A DNA stretch of 64,000 bases, from the NCBI GenBank assembly GCA_964473365.1, contig CAYYOV010000003.1, positions 57,139 through 121,138 on the forward strand. Reading direction: 5' to 3'. Below the pieces are notes generated by a model that was not told where the DNA came from, searched no databases, and saw nothing but the letters and a program-made list of their open reading frames with translations. Both the position numbers and the translations under genes were made by a program. Source of the stretch: an uncultured Ignavibacteriaceae bacterium. GTDB taxonomy: Bacteria; Bacteroidota; Ignavibacteria; UBA10030. Below are positions 41,362 through 50,095 of this stretch, piece by piece (position 1 is the first letter of the stretch; the number at the start of each line of letters is the position of its first letter).

Positions 41362-42384
41362 TCAGAATTGTTCGAGGAAACGGACGTCGTTCTCATACAG
41401 CAACCGGATATCGTCGATACCATGGCGGAGCAGTACGGTCCGCTCGACGCCAAACCCGAAGGCATATCCGGAAACCTGTTCGGGGTCTAATCCAACACGT
41501 TTGAGGATGTTGGGATGCACCATACCGGACCCGACGATCTCCAGCCAGCCGGAGTGCTTGCAGACGCGGCAACCCTTGCCGGAACAGAGGTAGCACGTGA
41601 TGTCCATTTCGGCGCTCGGTTCCGTGAACGGGAAATACGAGGCCCGAAACCGGTACTTGATGGAGCTTCCATAATACCGCTTGGCGAATGCGACGAGCGT
41701 GCCTTTCAGTTCCGCGAACGTCACACCGGTATCGACGTAGATGCCGTCCACCTGATGGAACTGCACGAGGCTGCGGGCGGACACGGCCTCATTACGATAG
41801 ACACGGCCGGGCATGATGGCCCGAATGGGCGGCTTTCGCTGCTCCATGATCCGGACCTGCACCGGCGTCGTGTGGGTGCGGAGCAGCATTGACGGAGAGA
41901 CGAAAAACGTGTCCTGCATGTCCCGCGCGGGATGGTCCGGCGGGAAATTCAGCGCCTCGAAGTTGTAGTGGTCCGATTCGATCTCGGGCCCTTCGACAAT
42001 ATCGAAGCCCATCGAAACGAACACGCGTTGGAATTCTTCGAGCGTCTGACTGACGAGGTGACGCGAGCCGGCGAACCTGCCGCGGCCCGGGAGGGTCAGA
42101 TCGAGTGATGCCGTTTGGATGGAGGCGTCGACGCGCGCACGTGCGTCGTCGTAGATGGTCTGAACCTCGTTGCGCAATTCGTTGAGTGCTTTCCCTGCGG
42201 CCGGCTTGTCGGCGGTGGGAACGGTCCGAAGCTGATCGAACAGGTCAGCGACGGAGCCTTTGCGGGCGAGGAAGGACAGACGAAAACGCTCGAGGGCCTC
42301 GGCGTTCGTAAGAGAGGCGGCCTCCGCACGGGCGGCGGCACGCACCTGCTCGATCCGGTCGTTCATGGGGTCGGAAGCGTTCAT
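41362..42384 (-). CDS. pheS: Phenylalanine--tRNA ligase alpha subunit
   Basis: Class II motifs (FPPDHPARDMQDTF, GRVYRNE, GFGVERTV). Start trimmed to MNASDPMNDR (ATG 42384; ATG 42366 is an alternative). The longer ORF runs into rplT. Confidence 0.92.
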   Translation of the reverse strand: MNASDPMNDRIEQVRAAARAEAASLTNAEALERFRLSFLARKGSVADLFDQLRTVPTADKPAAGKALNELRNEVQTIYDDARARVDASIQTASLDLTLPGRGRFAGSRHLVSQTLEEFQRVFVSMGFDIVEGPEIESDHYNFEALNFPPDHPARDMQDTFFVSPSMLLRTHTTPVQVRIMEQRKPPIRAIMPGRVYRNEAVSARSLVQFHQVDGIYVDTGVTFAELKGTLVAFAKRYYGSSIKYRFRASYFPFTEPSAEMDITCYLCSGKGCRVCKHSGWLEIVGSGMVHPNILKRVGLDPEQVSGYAFGFGVERTVLLRHGIDDIRLLYENDVRFLEQF

Positions 42385-42432
42385 GGATGGACAGCGCCCG
42401 AATGCCGCGTTCCCGGATTGCGGAAGAGACGA

Positions 42433-42473
42433 GGACGGGGGCGCGGCACGGCCCCCGTCCGAACAGACGGGGG
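42433..42473 (-). promoter_or_regulatory. Two mutually exclusive G5/C5 hairpins between rplT and pheS (attenuator-like)
   Basis: Minus-strand RNA: CCCCCGUC-UGUUCG-GACGGGGG (hairpin A) or GGACGGGGGC-CGUGCCGC-GCCCCCGUCC (hairpin B, followed by a UC-rich tail). The two share the central G-rich segment (plus 42451-42460). Confidence 0.35.
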
Positions 42474-42478
42474 TCGCG

Positions 42479-42826
42479 TTATGACGTGGCGAACTTGACG
42501 ACCTCGGCGAAGGCCTGCGGATGATGCGCCGCGAGGTCGGCAAGGACCTTCCGGTTCAACTCCACCTTCTTCTTCGTGAGGCCTGAGATCAATCGCGAGT
42601 ACGACACGCCGTGGAGGCGAGCACCCGCATTGATACGAGCGACCCAGAGGCCGCGCATTTCGCGCTTCTTCGTACGGCGATGGCGATACGCATGCGTACC
42701 GGCCTTCTCGACGTGGTGCTTGGCGATCGTGAGGACCTTGCTCCGGGCTCCCCAATAGCCTTTGGCACGAGCCAGAAGCTTCTTCCGGCGGCGATGCGAA
42801 GCGACTTTATTTTGCGAACGTGGCAT
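42479..42826 (-). CDS. rplT: 50S ribosomal protein L20
   Basis: MPRSQNKVASHRRRKKLLARAKGYWGARS... is the canonical L20 N-terminus. Confidence 0.97.
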   Translation of the reverse strand: MPRSQNKVASHRRRKKLLARAKGYWGARSKVLTIAKHHVEKAGTHAYRHRRTKKREMRGLWVARINAGARLHGVSYSRLISGLTKKKVELNRKVLADLAAHHPQAFAEVVKFATS

Positions 42827-42960
42827 GTGACGTGATCTCCCAGAAAACCCTTATGAAATCGGTTCGCGCAGCGACCCTTCGTCGCTACGACCCACTCATC
42901 CATTTCGTGCAGGTCCGACGGTCGGCCGTTGTCACACGGCGCCGTGCCTGGACCGCTCGG

Positions 42961-43155
42961 CTACGCCGAGAGGAACCGCTTGACCTTATACGCTTCCGTC
43001 TTGTCGACGAGGCCCGGACGGCGCAAATGGCGCTTCCGCTTGGTCGACTTCGACGTCAAAATGTGTCGCCGGAAGGCCTTGTGCCGCTTGATCTTTCCGG
43101 TCGCGGTGATCTTGAACGTCTTCGCCGCGGAGCGGCGCGTCTTCATCTTAGGCAT
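42961..43155 (-). CDS. rpmI: 50S ribosomal protein L35
   Basis: [28 protein letters not shown]... is the canonical L35. Overlaps the infC stop by 8 nt. Confidence 0.95.
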   Translation of the reverse strand: MPKMKTRRSAAKTFKITATGKIKRHKAFRRHILTSKSTKRKRHLRRPGLVDKTEAYKVKRFLSA

Positions 43156-43720
43156 GATCCTTTTCCTTCTCTGGTTCCTTCGATTTCGGTGCCGTGGCCT
43201 TCTTCTTCGTCTTGTCCGCGACGAACACGGCCACCATCTGCCGTCCTTCCATCCGCGGTTCCTGTTCCAGCTTCGCGATGTCCGACATCCGCTCTGTAAA
43301 GCGCGCCAGCATTTCTCGACCCTGGTCCTGATAGGTGATCTGACGGCCGCGGAACACGACGGTCGCCTTCACCTTGTGACCCTCTTCGATAAACGCGCGG
43401 GCGTGACGCGTCTTGAATTCGAAATCATGCGTGTCGGTGGTCGGGTGGAACCTGACCTCCTTCACGAGCGAGACGACCTGGTGCTTCTTTTGGAGCTTCT
43501 CCCGCTTCGACATCTCGTACCGATACTTGCCGAAATCCATGATCTTGCAGACCGGGGGCGTCGCTGTCGGGACGATCTCGATCAGATCAAGTCCCCGTTC
43601 CTGCGCGACACGAATGGCTTCCTTGGTCATGAAGATCCCTAACTGCTCCCCGTCGTCAGAAATGACCCTGACCTGGGGAACACGGATCTCAGTGTTAACG
43701 CGGGCTCGTTCTTGCTTGAT
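43148..43720 (-). CDS. infC: Translation initiation factor IF-3, predicted non-canonical AUC start
   Basis: The track ORF starts at an internal Met ([10 protein letters not shown]). The frame is open upstream to the thrS TGA and encodes the N-domain [29 protein letters not shown]. The only start-like codon is ATC (43720-43718), 8 nt after AGGAG. Confidence 0.8.
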   Translation of the reverse strand: MKQERARVNTEIRVPQVRVISDDGEQLGIFMTKEAIRVAQERGLDLIEIVPTATPPVCKIMDFGKYRYEMSKREKLQKKHQVVSLVKEVRFHPTTDTHDFEFKTRHARAFIEEGHKVKATVVFRGRQITYQDQGREMLARFTERMSDIAKLEQEPRMEGRQMVAVFVADKTKKKATAPKSKEPEKEKDHA

Positions 43721-43756
43721 GGTAGTCTCTCCTACGTGACATGGATGTGGCGTCGG

Positions 43757-45697
43757 TCAGGACGCCAGGGCGCGACTGCGGACCAGCTCTACCAGACGAT
43801 CTTTGAACGCATCGACTGACTGCGCTCCCTGATCTCCCTTTTTATGCTGCCGGACCGAAACTGTACCGGCGGCGCGTTCTTTGTCCCCGACGACCAGCAT
43901 GAACGGGGCCTTTTTCGTTTCCCATTCCCGGATCTTGTATCCGATCTTCTCGTTCCGCTCGTCGATCTCGGCCCGGAGGCCTGATGCCTGCAGCGCGCTC
44001 ACGACCGAACGAGCATACTCCAGGGAGGCGTCCGTGACCGGAAGGACCACAGCCTGCAACGGCGCCAGCCAGAGCGGGAACTCTCCCGCGAAATGCTCGA
44101 TCAGGATACCGATGAACCGCTCGAGCGATCCGAACGGCGCCCGGTGGATGATGACCGGACGGTGCTTCTTGCCGTCCGCACCCGTGTATTCGAGCTGGAA
44201 ACGCTCGGGCATGACGTAGTCGACCTGGACCGTTCCGAGCTGCCATGTGCGCCCGAGTGCGTCGCGCACCATGAAATCGATCTTCGGGCCGTAGAACGAG
44301 GCCTCGCCGATCCCGATGAAGTAGTCGAGCTTCATCTCGTCGGCTACTTCCTTGATCTCGCGCTGCGCTTGCTCCCAGAACGCTGCGTCGCCGCCGTACT
44401 TTTCGACGTTTTTCTCGTCGCGATACGAGAGGCGGATCTTCACATCCATACCGAAGGTGCTGAAGACAAGCTGCGTCAACTCGACCGTCGCTTTTACTTC
44501 CTGCTTGAGCTGGTCCTGCGTGCAGTAGATGTGGGCGTCATCCTGCGTGAAGCCGCGCACGCGGATGAGACCATTCATTTCGCCCGACTGTTCATACCGA
44601 TAGACTGTCCCGAACTCCGCGAATCGCACTGGCAGGTCCCGATACGATCTGGGCTTCGCCATGTAGATCTGATGGTGATGCGGGCAGTTCATTGGCTTGA
44701 GCATGTACTGATCGCCCTCGGGCATCTCGATGGGCGGGAACTGCGAATCCTTGTAGTACGGATAGTGTCCCGACGTCCGGTAGAGATTCAGATTGGCGAT
44801 ATGCGGCGTCGTGACAAAGTCGTATCCGCGCTTTTTCTGCTCAGCCCGCAAGAAGTCCACGAGCGCCTCGCGCATCACCGTACCCTTCGGCATCCAGAGT
44901 GGAAGTCCACTGCCGACATTGGGAGTCAACAGGAAGATCTCCATCTCCTGGCCGAGCTTGCGATGGTCCCGTCGCTTGGCCTCTTCGAGACGGAACAAAT
45001 GCTCTTCCAGCTCTTTCGACGTCGGGAACGTGACGCCGTACACTCGCTGCAACATCTTGTTCTTCTCGTTGCCACGCCAGTATGCACCGGCGATGCTGAG
45101 AAGTTTGATCGACTTGATCCGGCCAGTCGATGGAATATGCGGACCGTAGCAGAGGTCCGTGAAATTCCCCTGATGGTAGAACGTGATCGTTTCACCCTTG
45201 AGGTCCTGGAGGAGCTCAAGCTTGTATGGGTCGCCCTTCTTTTCGAAGTACGCGACCGCATCCGCCCACGTCCGCACTTCACGCTGATAGGGCACGTCAC
45301 GCGAGGCAAGCTCGCGCATCTTGTCCTCGATCTTGGCGAGGTCTTCGGGCGTCAGCGCATGCCCGCCGAGGTCCATGTCGTAGTAGAAGCCGGCCTCGAT
45401 CGGAGGGCCGATCCCGAATTTCGTCCCGGGGAACAGCGACTCCACCGCCTCGGCCATGAGATGCGCCGAAGAATGCCAGTAGGCATATTTGCCGCCGCCA
45501 TCGGCCCACTTCAGGACCTTGAACGTCGCATCGGCATCGATGCCACGCGAGAGGTCCCAGACCTCTCCGTTCACTTCCACCGCCAGCGCTTCGCGCGCCA
45601 GGCCCTTGCTGATGCTCTCAGCAACTGCAAGACCCGTCACGCCGCGGGCGAACGTCCGCAGCGAGCCGTCGGGGAATGTGAGCGTGATCTGGTCCAT
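43757..45697 (-). CDS. thrS: Threonine--tRNA ligase
   Basis: TGS, editing-domain, class II catalytic and anticodon-binding modules. Start trimmed to MDQITLTFPDGS (ATG 45697). Confidence 0.95.
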   Translation of the reverse strand: MDQITLTFPDGSLRTFARGVTGLAVAESISKGLAREALAVEVNGEVWDLSRGIDADATFKVLKWADGGGKYAYWHSSAHLMAEAVESLFPGTKFGIGPPIEAGFYYDMDLGGHALTPEDLAKIEDKMRELASRDVPYQREVRTWADAVAYFEKKGDPYKLELLQDLKGETITFYHQGNFTDLCYGPHIPSTGRIKSIKLLSIAGAYWRGNEKNKMLQRVYGVTFPTSKELEEHLFRLEEAKRRDHRKLGQEMEIFLLTPNVGSGLPLWMPKGTVMREALVDFLRAEQKKRGYDFVTTPHIANLNLYRTSGHYPYYKDSQFPPIEMPEGDQYMLKPMNCPHHHQIYMAKPRSYRDLPVRFAEFGTVYRYEQSGEMNGLIRVRGFTQDDAHIYCTQDQLKQEVKATVELTQLVFSTFGMDVKIRLSYRDEKNVEKYGGDAAFWEQAQREIKEVADEMKLDYFIGIGEASFYGPKIDFMVRDALGRTWQLGTVQVDYVMPERFQLEYTGADGKKHRPVIIHRAPFGSLERFIGILIEHFAGEFPLWLAPLQAVVLPVTDASLEYARSVVSALQASGLRAEIDERNEKIGYKIREWETKKAPFMLVVGDKERAAGTVSVRQHKKGDQGAQSVDAFKDRLVELVRSRALAS

Positions 45698-45999
45698 GGG
45701 AAGAAACAAAAAAAATCGGAGCGCGCTCCGATTGTCTTCAACGTTCTCCGAATGACAACTCGGCCTGAGAGATCCTCGGCGTTGCTCCTCTGCGGGTTGA
45801 ACGGCGATCGGCACGACAGACGTGTGTCCACAGCGCCCGGGGGCGGCGGGACACTCGAACCAGCGTCGCGGGAACTCCTCCGTCAGCGCAAGCTGCGGCG
45901 TTCATACGACCGTCCGGCATAGCCCAGCCGGACCGACGACAACACGAATCCCCCGCCTCGTTTTGACCCGTGGGAACACCCACGAGCTGGTCTGAAATG
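45698..45999 (-). promoter_or_regulatory. thrS leader / tRNA-Val trailer with intrinsic terminator abutting the thrS start
   Basis: 302-nt GC-rich spacer with several hairpins. Palindrome AAUCGGAGCGCGCUCCGAUU (45733-45714) runs into a U8 tract (45715-45708), 10 nt before ATG 45697. Confidence 0.35.
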
Positions 46000-46073
<74 letters not shown>

Positions 46074-46084
46074 GATGGACGAAT

Positions 46085-46113
46085 AATTTAGGCAGATTCC
46101 GGTCGAAAAACAA
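46085..46113 (-). promoter_or_regulatory. Candidate promoter for tRNA-Val (TTGTTT-17-TAAATT)
   Basis: Minus-strand hexamers at 46113-46108 and 46090-46085, spacer 17 nt. The -10 element ends 11 nt before the tRNA 5' end. Confidence 0.45.
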
Positions 46114-46204
46114 GACTCCAGAGAACAATTGGGGTCCCGCATGCCCCCCTACGAGCGTCCTGCAACCGAACGATCGGACTCACCTTCTGTCCTTGCCCGT
46201 TTCT

Positions 46205-47179
46205 CTAAGCCCCGCCGTAGAAATTCCTGTCCCAGCGGTGCTGCTTGATGGCCTTCAGAAGCTCGGGACTCAGGAAGCGACCATCCGAGACGGCCGCATT
46301 GGAGGCTACGTGGGCAACCGTTCGCATGCCGGGGATGATCGTTGAGACCGCCGGGTGGCTGAGGGTAAACCGGAGCGCCAATTCGGGGATGGTCGCCGCT
46401 TCTTCTCCAAGCAAGCCACGGAGTCGCTCGACCCGCTCATGGACCTGGAGCTTTCGCTCCCCCCGGAAATAGTTGGCCCGGAAATCTCCCTCCTGAAACG
46501 TCGTTGAAGGAGTGACGGACCCGGTCAAACCTCCTTCATCCAACGGCACGCGGACGATCACACCGATCTGATGTTCACGGCAGTACGGAAAGAGTTCCTC
46601 TTCCGGAGACTGGTCGAAGATATTATAGATCACCTGGACGGATGCGAGCAGGCCCGTTTCAAGTGCCTTCAGGACGTTGGCGGGTTGGTGATCGTTGATC
46701 GAGATCCCCCAGTGCCGCACCTTTCCTTCATCCTGCAGTGCCCGAATGGCGTCCTGCCATTCATTCGATTCCGACCATTCATCCGACCATACGTGGAATT
46801 GTTGCACGTCGATCGTGTCGACGCCAAGGTTGCGGAGGCTCTGCTCCGTGCAGGCGCGGATGTATTCAGCCGGGAACGCATTTCGAAGCGGAGTATCTTT
46901 GGCCGCAGGCCAGCGGCGGTTCTTCGGTGGGATCTTGGTCGCAACGACGATCGGCTGGCGCGATTCCCTTCGCACCTTGCCCAGCAGACGCTCACTGTGT
47001 CCTTCGTTGTACGCCAGTGCCGTGTCGATGAAATTCACGCCACGTTCGATCGCATCTCGCAGCGCCCGGACCGATTCTCCGTCATCGGAGCCTTTCCAGA
47101 GGCCACCTCCGATCCCCCACGCCCCGTAGCCGATCTCTGACAGCTGATATCCGGTCTTGCCGAATGCTCGTGTTTTCAT
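46205..47179 (-). CDS. Aldo/keto reductase
   Basis: AKR pattern: [23 protein letters not shown], catalytic Tyr/Lys context, IPGMRT. Confidence 0.85.
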   Translation of the reverse strand: MKTRAFGKTGYQLSEIGYGAWGIGGGLWKGSDDGESVRALRDAIERGVNFIDTALAYNEGHSERLLGKVRRESRQPIVVATKIPPKNRRWPAAKDTPLRNAFPAEYIRACTEQSLRNLGVDTIDVQQFHVWSDEWSESNEWQDAIRALQDEGKVRHWGISINDHQPANVLKALETGLLASVQVIYNIFDQSPEEELFPYCREHQIGVIVRVPLDEGGLTGSVTPSTTFQEGDFRANYFRGERKLQVHERVERLRGLLGEEAATIPELALRFTLSHPAVSTIIPGMRTVAHVASNAAVSDGRFLSPELLKAIKQHRWDRNFYGGA

Positions 47180-47263
47180 GCGATCGGGTGCGTGATCATG
47201 ACTCGTGGAGGATGTCTCATGGCCGCGGGTTCCGCACCGGGAGCCTTGCCGTCGTATCCCTTC

Positions 47264-48748
47264 TCACTCACGTGATCGAGCCGTCACAGCGAGTCCTCCC
47301 CCGCCGATGATGATCATGATCACCGCCTGAACGAGCGTCTTGTACTGTACGGACTCCGAGGCAAATCCGGCGGAATAGGCGAACCCCAGACCAACAACCA
47401 TCAGCATCGAATAGACCCCGAGCATGATCTTGCGCGCGCGGGTGTTGGCTTCCGGCGTATCGACGGAAAAGAACCGGTGGTATGTCATCAATCCCGCGAT
47501 CGCAATACCGTCGAGGGCCGCGAACATCAGCCAGAAACGGTGGACGGCCTCCGGCGCGTCAGGGGAGCCGATGAAGGGCTTCAAGGATGATTCGTAGAGC
47601 GCGCCTCCGAGGTTCGACCCAAGCAGGCTCCCGACGACCCCATACAGGAACGCATAGCCCATGTAGACCGCTTTTCGATCCGGCGGTGCGACGAGTCCGA
47701 CGTAACTGTAGTACTTCGGATGGGCGGTCATCTCGCCGATCGAGAACACAACGATACCGGCGACGAAGACCCAGACGTTGAGACCGAACGCCAGGAGTAC
47801 GAAACCGATCAGCCCGAGCGTCATCCCGAGACTCATCGTCGGCAACGGTTTCGCGTTCTTGACAAGGTTACTGACAACGACCTGGAGCAGGATGATGGTC
47901 CCGGCATTGATCACCGTGACGTGCTCGACGTCAAACGAGAATGTCACCCCAAAGGAGGCGAAGAACGCATTGACCGGGGCCGGGTCGACGAAGTCACGCA
48001 AGAACCAAAGGACGGAACCGAAGTTCTGGAAGTAGAGGACCCAGAATCCGGAGTAGAGGACGATCATCAGCATGAACCGTGCATCGCCCAGGACCATGGC
48101 CGCATCTCGAGCGACCTGTCCGAGCGTTTTGGAACTCTGTGGCCGATCAGGGTCCTTGTAAATCAGCAAGGTCGGGAGGAGCATCAGGCCGCAGTAGGCC
48201 GCGGAAGCGGTGAAGATGTAGCTCCACGAGAATCCCTTGAGATACGACGTCACGAACGGGGCCAGGAACGCCCCGAGGTTGATCATCCAGTAGTAGATCC
48301 CGAAACCAAGTCCGGAGTTCGTCTCGTTCGTCGTGCGTGCGATCGTGCCCGTGATAATGGGCTTGAAGAGTCCCGAGCCGGTGGCCATGACGAGCAGGCT
48401 GGTGAAGACCGCTCCGTACGTGCTCATATGCCCAGTGGCGTAATATCCAACGGTCAGGAACGAGAACGCCGTCAACAGCATGCGCCGATATCCATACCGG
48501 TCGGCCAGCGCACCTCCGACGATAGGTACGATGTACGTGAAGGCATACACGAGCCCCTGGAGGAACCCTACGGATTGCTCCGAGAATCCGAGCCCCCCTT
48601 CGTCGATGGCATTCGTGAGGTAGACCGCCAGAACGGCGTTCATACCGTAGTAGGCCCCTCGCTCGAACAGTTCCATCACGTTCGAGATCCAAAATACGCG
48701 GGGGAAGGAGCGGAGCACAGAGCCGCCGGGGTTTGGTGTGGTGGTCAT
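47264..48748 (-). CDS. POT/PTR2-family peptide:proton symporter
   Basis: ELFERGAYYGMNAVLAVYL and GGALADRYGYRR motifs typical of DtpT-like transporters. About 14 TM helices. Confidence 0.85.
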   Translation of the reverse strand: MTTTPNPGGSVLRSFPRVFWISNVMELFERGAYYGMNAVLAVYLTNAIDEGGLGFSEQSVGFLQGLVYAFTYIVPIVGGALADRYGYRRMLLTAFSFLTVGYYATGHMSTYGAVFTSLLVMATGSGLFKPIITGTIARTTNETNSGLGFGIYYWMINLGAFLAPFVTSYLKGFSWSYIFTASAAYCGLMLLPTLLIYKDPDRPQSSKTLGQVARDAAMVLGDARFMLMIVLYSGFWVLYFQNFGSVLWFLRDFVDPAPVNAFFASFGVTFSFDVEHVTVINAGTIILLQVVVSNLVKNAKPLPTMSLGMTLGLIGFVLLAFGLNVWVFVAGIVVFSIGEMTAHPKYYSYVGLVAPPDRKAVYMGYAFLYGVVGSLLGSNLGGALYESSLKPFIGSPDAPEAVHRFWLMFAALDGIAIAGLMTYHRFFSVDTPEANTRARKIMLGVYSMLMVVGLGFAYSAGFASESVQYKTLVQAVIMIIIGGGGLAVTARSRE

Positions 48749-48855
48749 TGGTCGGTTATGAGGATAGCCTCAAAGAACGCATCGATCGGCGAACAAATGA
48801 AGGCGCATCGTCTCGTCGTCGATCGGCGTCTTTGATGGGAGTGAATAATGCTGGT

Positions 48856-49095
48856 TCACGTGCCCTTCGGTCCGGACGTCATCTTGTTCCACAGCTCGTC
48901 CAGCTCTCTTCTGGACTTTGGAGGTTTGTATGTGCGATGAAGCTTCTGCAGCCGTTCTGCCGCCGCGGCGTCAAGGTCCTCGTCGTCTTTATGGCGCTGG
49001 AGGAGGCCGAAGAACTGGTCCTTGTCCTTCGGGGCCATCTTGTATTGGAGCGGTATAAGCTCCTCGATCAGTCTCGTTTGTTCGGTGCGATTCAT
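48856..49095 (-). CDS. Hypothetical 79-aa charged protein
   Basis: The track ORF (to 49464) runs through tRNA-Leu, so the start is trimmed to MNRTEQ (ATG 49095), preceded by AGGTGA. No family recognised. Confidence 0.4.
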   Translation of the reverse strand: MNRTEQTRLIEELIPLQYKMAPKDKDQFFGLLQRHKDDEDLDAAAAERLQKLHRTYKPPKSRRELDELWNKMTSGPKGT

Positions 49096-49230
49096 GGGAT
49101 CACCTGGGAGCTTTCGGCTCGTTCGGTCCTCGGGCCGCATTGAGGTGACACTTTCATAGGCTAGTCCCGCACATTCCCTACCTGCGAACCTACCAGCTCG
49201 TTTCCCACCTCTCTCCTCTGCTTCGTTCAG

Positions 49231-49316
49231 TGCCGCGGGCGGGAGTCGAACCCGCATGCCCCTTGCGGGACTTGGGATTTTAAGTCCCATGCGTCTGCCA
49301 ATTTCGCCACCGCGGC
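49231..49316 (-). tRNA. tRNA-Leu (anticodon TAA)
   Basis: Acceptor GCCGCGG/CCGCGGC, anticodon arm TGGGA-CTTAAAA-TCCCA, long variable arm, T arm GCGGG-TTCGACT-CCCGC. Confidence 0.94.
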
Positions 49317-49551
49317 ATACCATTGCAAATTGAAGATCTGAAATTGGGAATTGAACAGTGACCGTCCCCCGGTCATGCAAGATAGATGATTGTGACGCCG
49401 GAGGAAAGAGCGGCGAGGATACAGAAAACGGCGAAAGGACAGCTTTTGGCATGCCCTTCCTCACCGTACAATGGTCAGTCTCCCCTTCAGAACGATCGAT
49501 GCTTCAGGATCTCAGGCTCCCACGGTCCTGCAGCATCAACATGTCGACCCA

Positions 49552-49585
49552 GAAATGACAAAGGGCCAGCCACTGGCTAGCCCTT
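49552..49585 (-). terminator. Terminator-like hairpin after tRNA-Cys
   Basis: Minus-strand AAGGGCUAGCC-AGU-GGCUGGCCCUU (11 bp, one G-U) followed by UGUCAUUUCUGG. Confidence 0.55.
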
Positions 49586-49633
49586 CACGCGTTCACAATC
49601 TCCGATCTGCATCTTACAATTTTCGACACTCAG

Positions 49634-49705
49634 AGGCGCCGGACGGATTCGAACCGTCGCATAAAGGTTTTGCAGACCTCTCCCTTACCACTTGGGTACG
49701 GCGCC
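49634..49705 (-). tRNA. tRNA-Cys (anticodon GCA)
   Basis: Acceptor GGCGCCG/CGGCGCC with discriminator U, anticodon arm GAGGT-CTGCAAA-ACCTT, T arm GACGG-TTCGAAT-CCGTC. Confidence 0.94.
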
Positions 49706-49796
49706 GAAGGCAAGGTAGAAGGTAGAGTGAAGATTGCAGAAGGGAAAGACAACGAGCGACCGAAGTCTCAGGCTTTCACCAACAAGCCGACTATCG

Positions 49797-49832
49797 ATGA
49801 AAAGAGCACCCAGAGGTGAAATTCGGGTGCTC
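49797..49832 (-). terminator. Terminator after tRNA-Gly
   Basis: Perfect 8-bp stem GAGCACCC/GGGUGCUC (49804-49811 and 49825-49832) followed on the minus strand by UUUUCAUCG. Confidence 0.6.
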
Positions 49833-49907
49833 CGCATCAGGCAACATCTTTTCAAGCGCGCTTCTTCTTCCCCATCTACCTTCTTCAATCGAACTTCTAC
49901 CTTGTTG

Positions 49908-49980
<73 letters not shown>

Positions 49981-50095
49981 ATGGAAACCTAGAAGTGAAA
50001 AGGATAAAGGAAGATGTGAGCACAAAAGCCCGCTTGAACTTCCTTCAACTTCTACCGTACATCCCTCAAACTTCTCGCACGCCTAATATAGCCAA

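Noticed and set aside
42385-42543. N-terminal extension of pheS (ORF start at 42543), and similar long-ORF starts for thrS, gpmA, yajC, the CCA enzyme, Gfo/Idh/MocA, HAD, qor and the PLC-like gene
   Set aside because: The extensions overlap upstream genes or terminators and are P/R/S-rich. They precede internal Met codons that align with the conserved N-termini of the families.
44093-45922. 609-aa plus-strand ORF, and similar ones at 243-1445, 36210-37460, 39598-40875, 47720-48835, 51188-52207, 56644-57696 and 58054-59322
   Set aside because: All are antisense to well-supported minus-strand genes (thrS, ABC/FtsX, rny, pheT, POT, ribBA, nuoN, NhaD-like). They have R/D/E/G/H-biased composition and no family signatures.
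45955-45990. T-box element in the thrS leader (GGGUGUUCCCACG resembles the T-box GGGUGGUACCGCG)
   Set aside because: It sits at the extreme 5' end of the spacer, about 230 nt from the terminator, instead of forming the antiterminator next to it. It is simply the two arms of a local 8-bp hairpin just after tRNA-Val.
48856-49464. 202-aa minus-strand ORF from the track
   Set aside because: Its 5' part runs straight through tRNA-Leu (49231-49316). Only the 79-codon 3' portion with a Shine-Dalgarno-like AGGTGA is retained, at low confidence.
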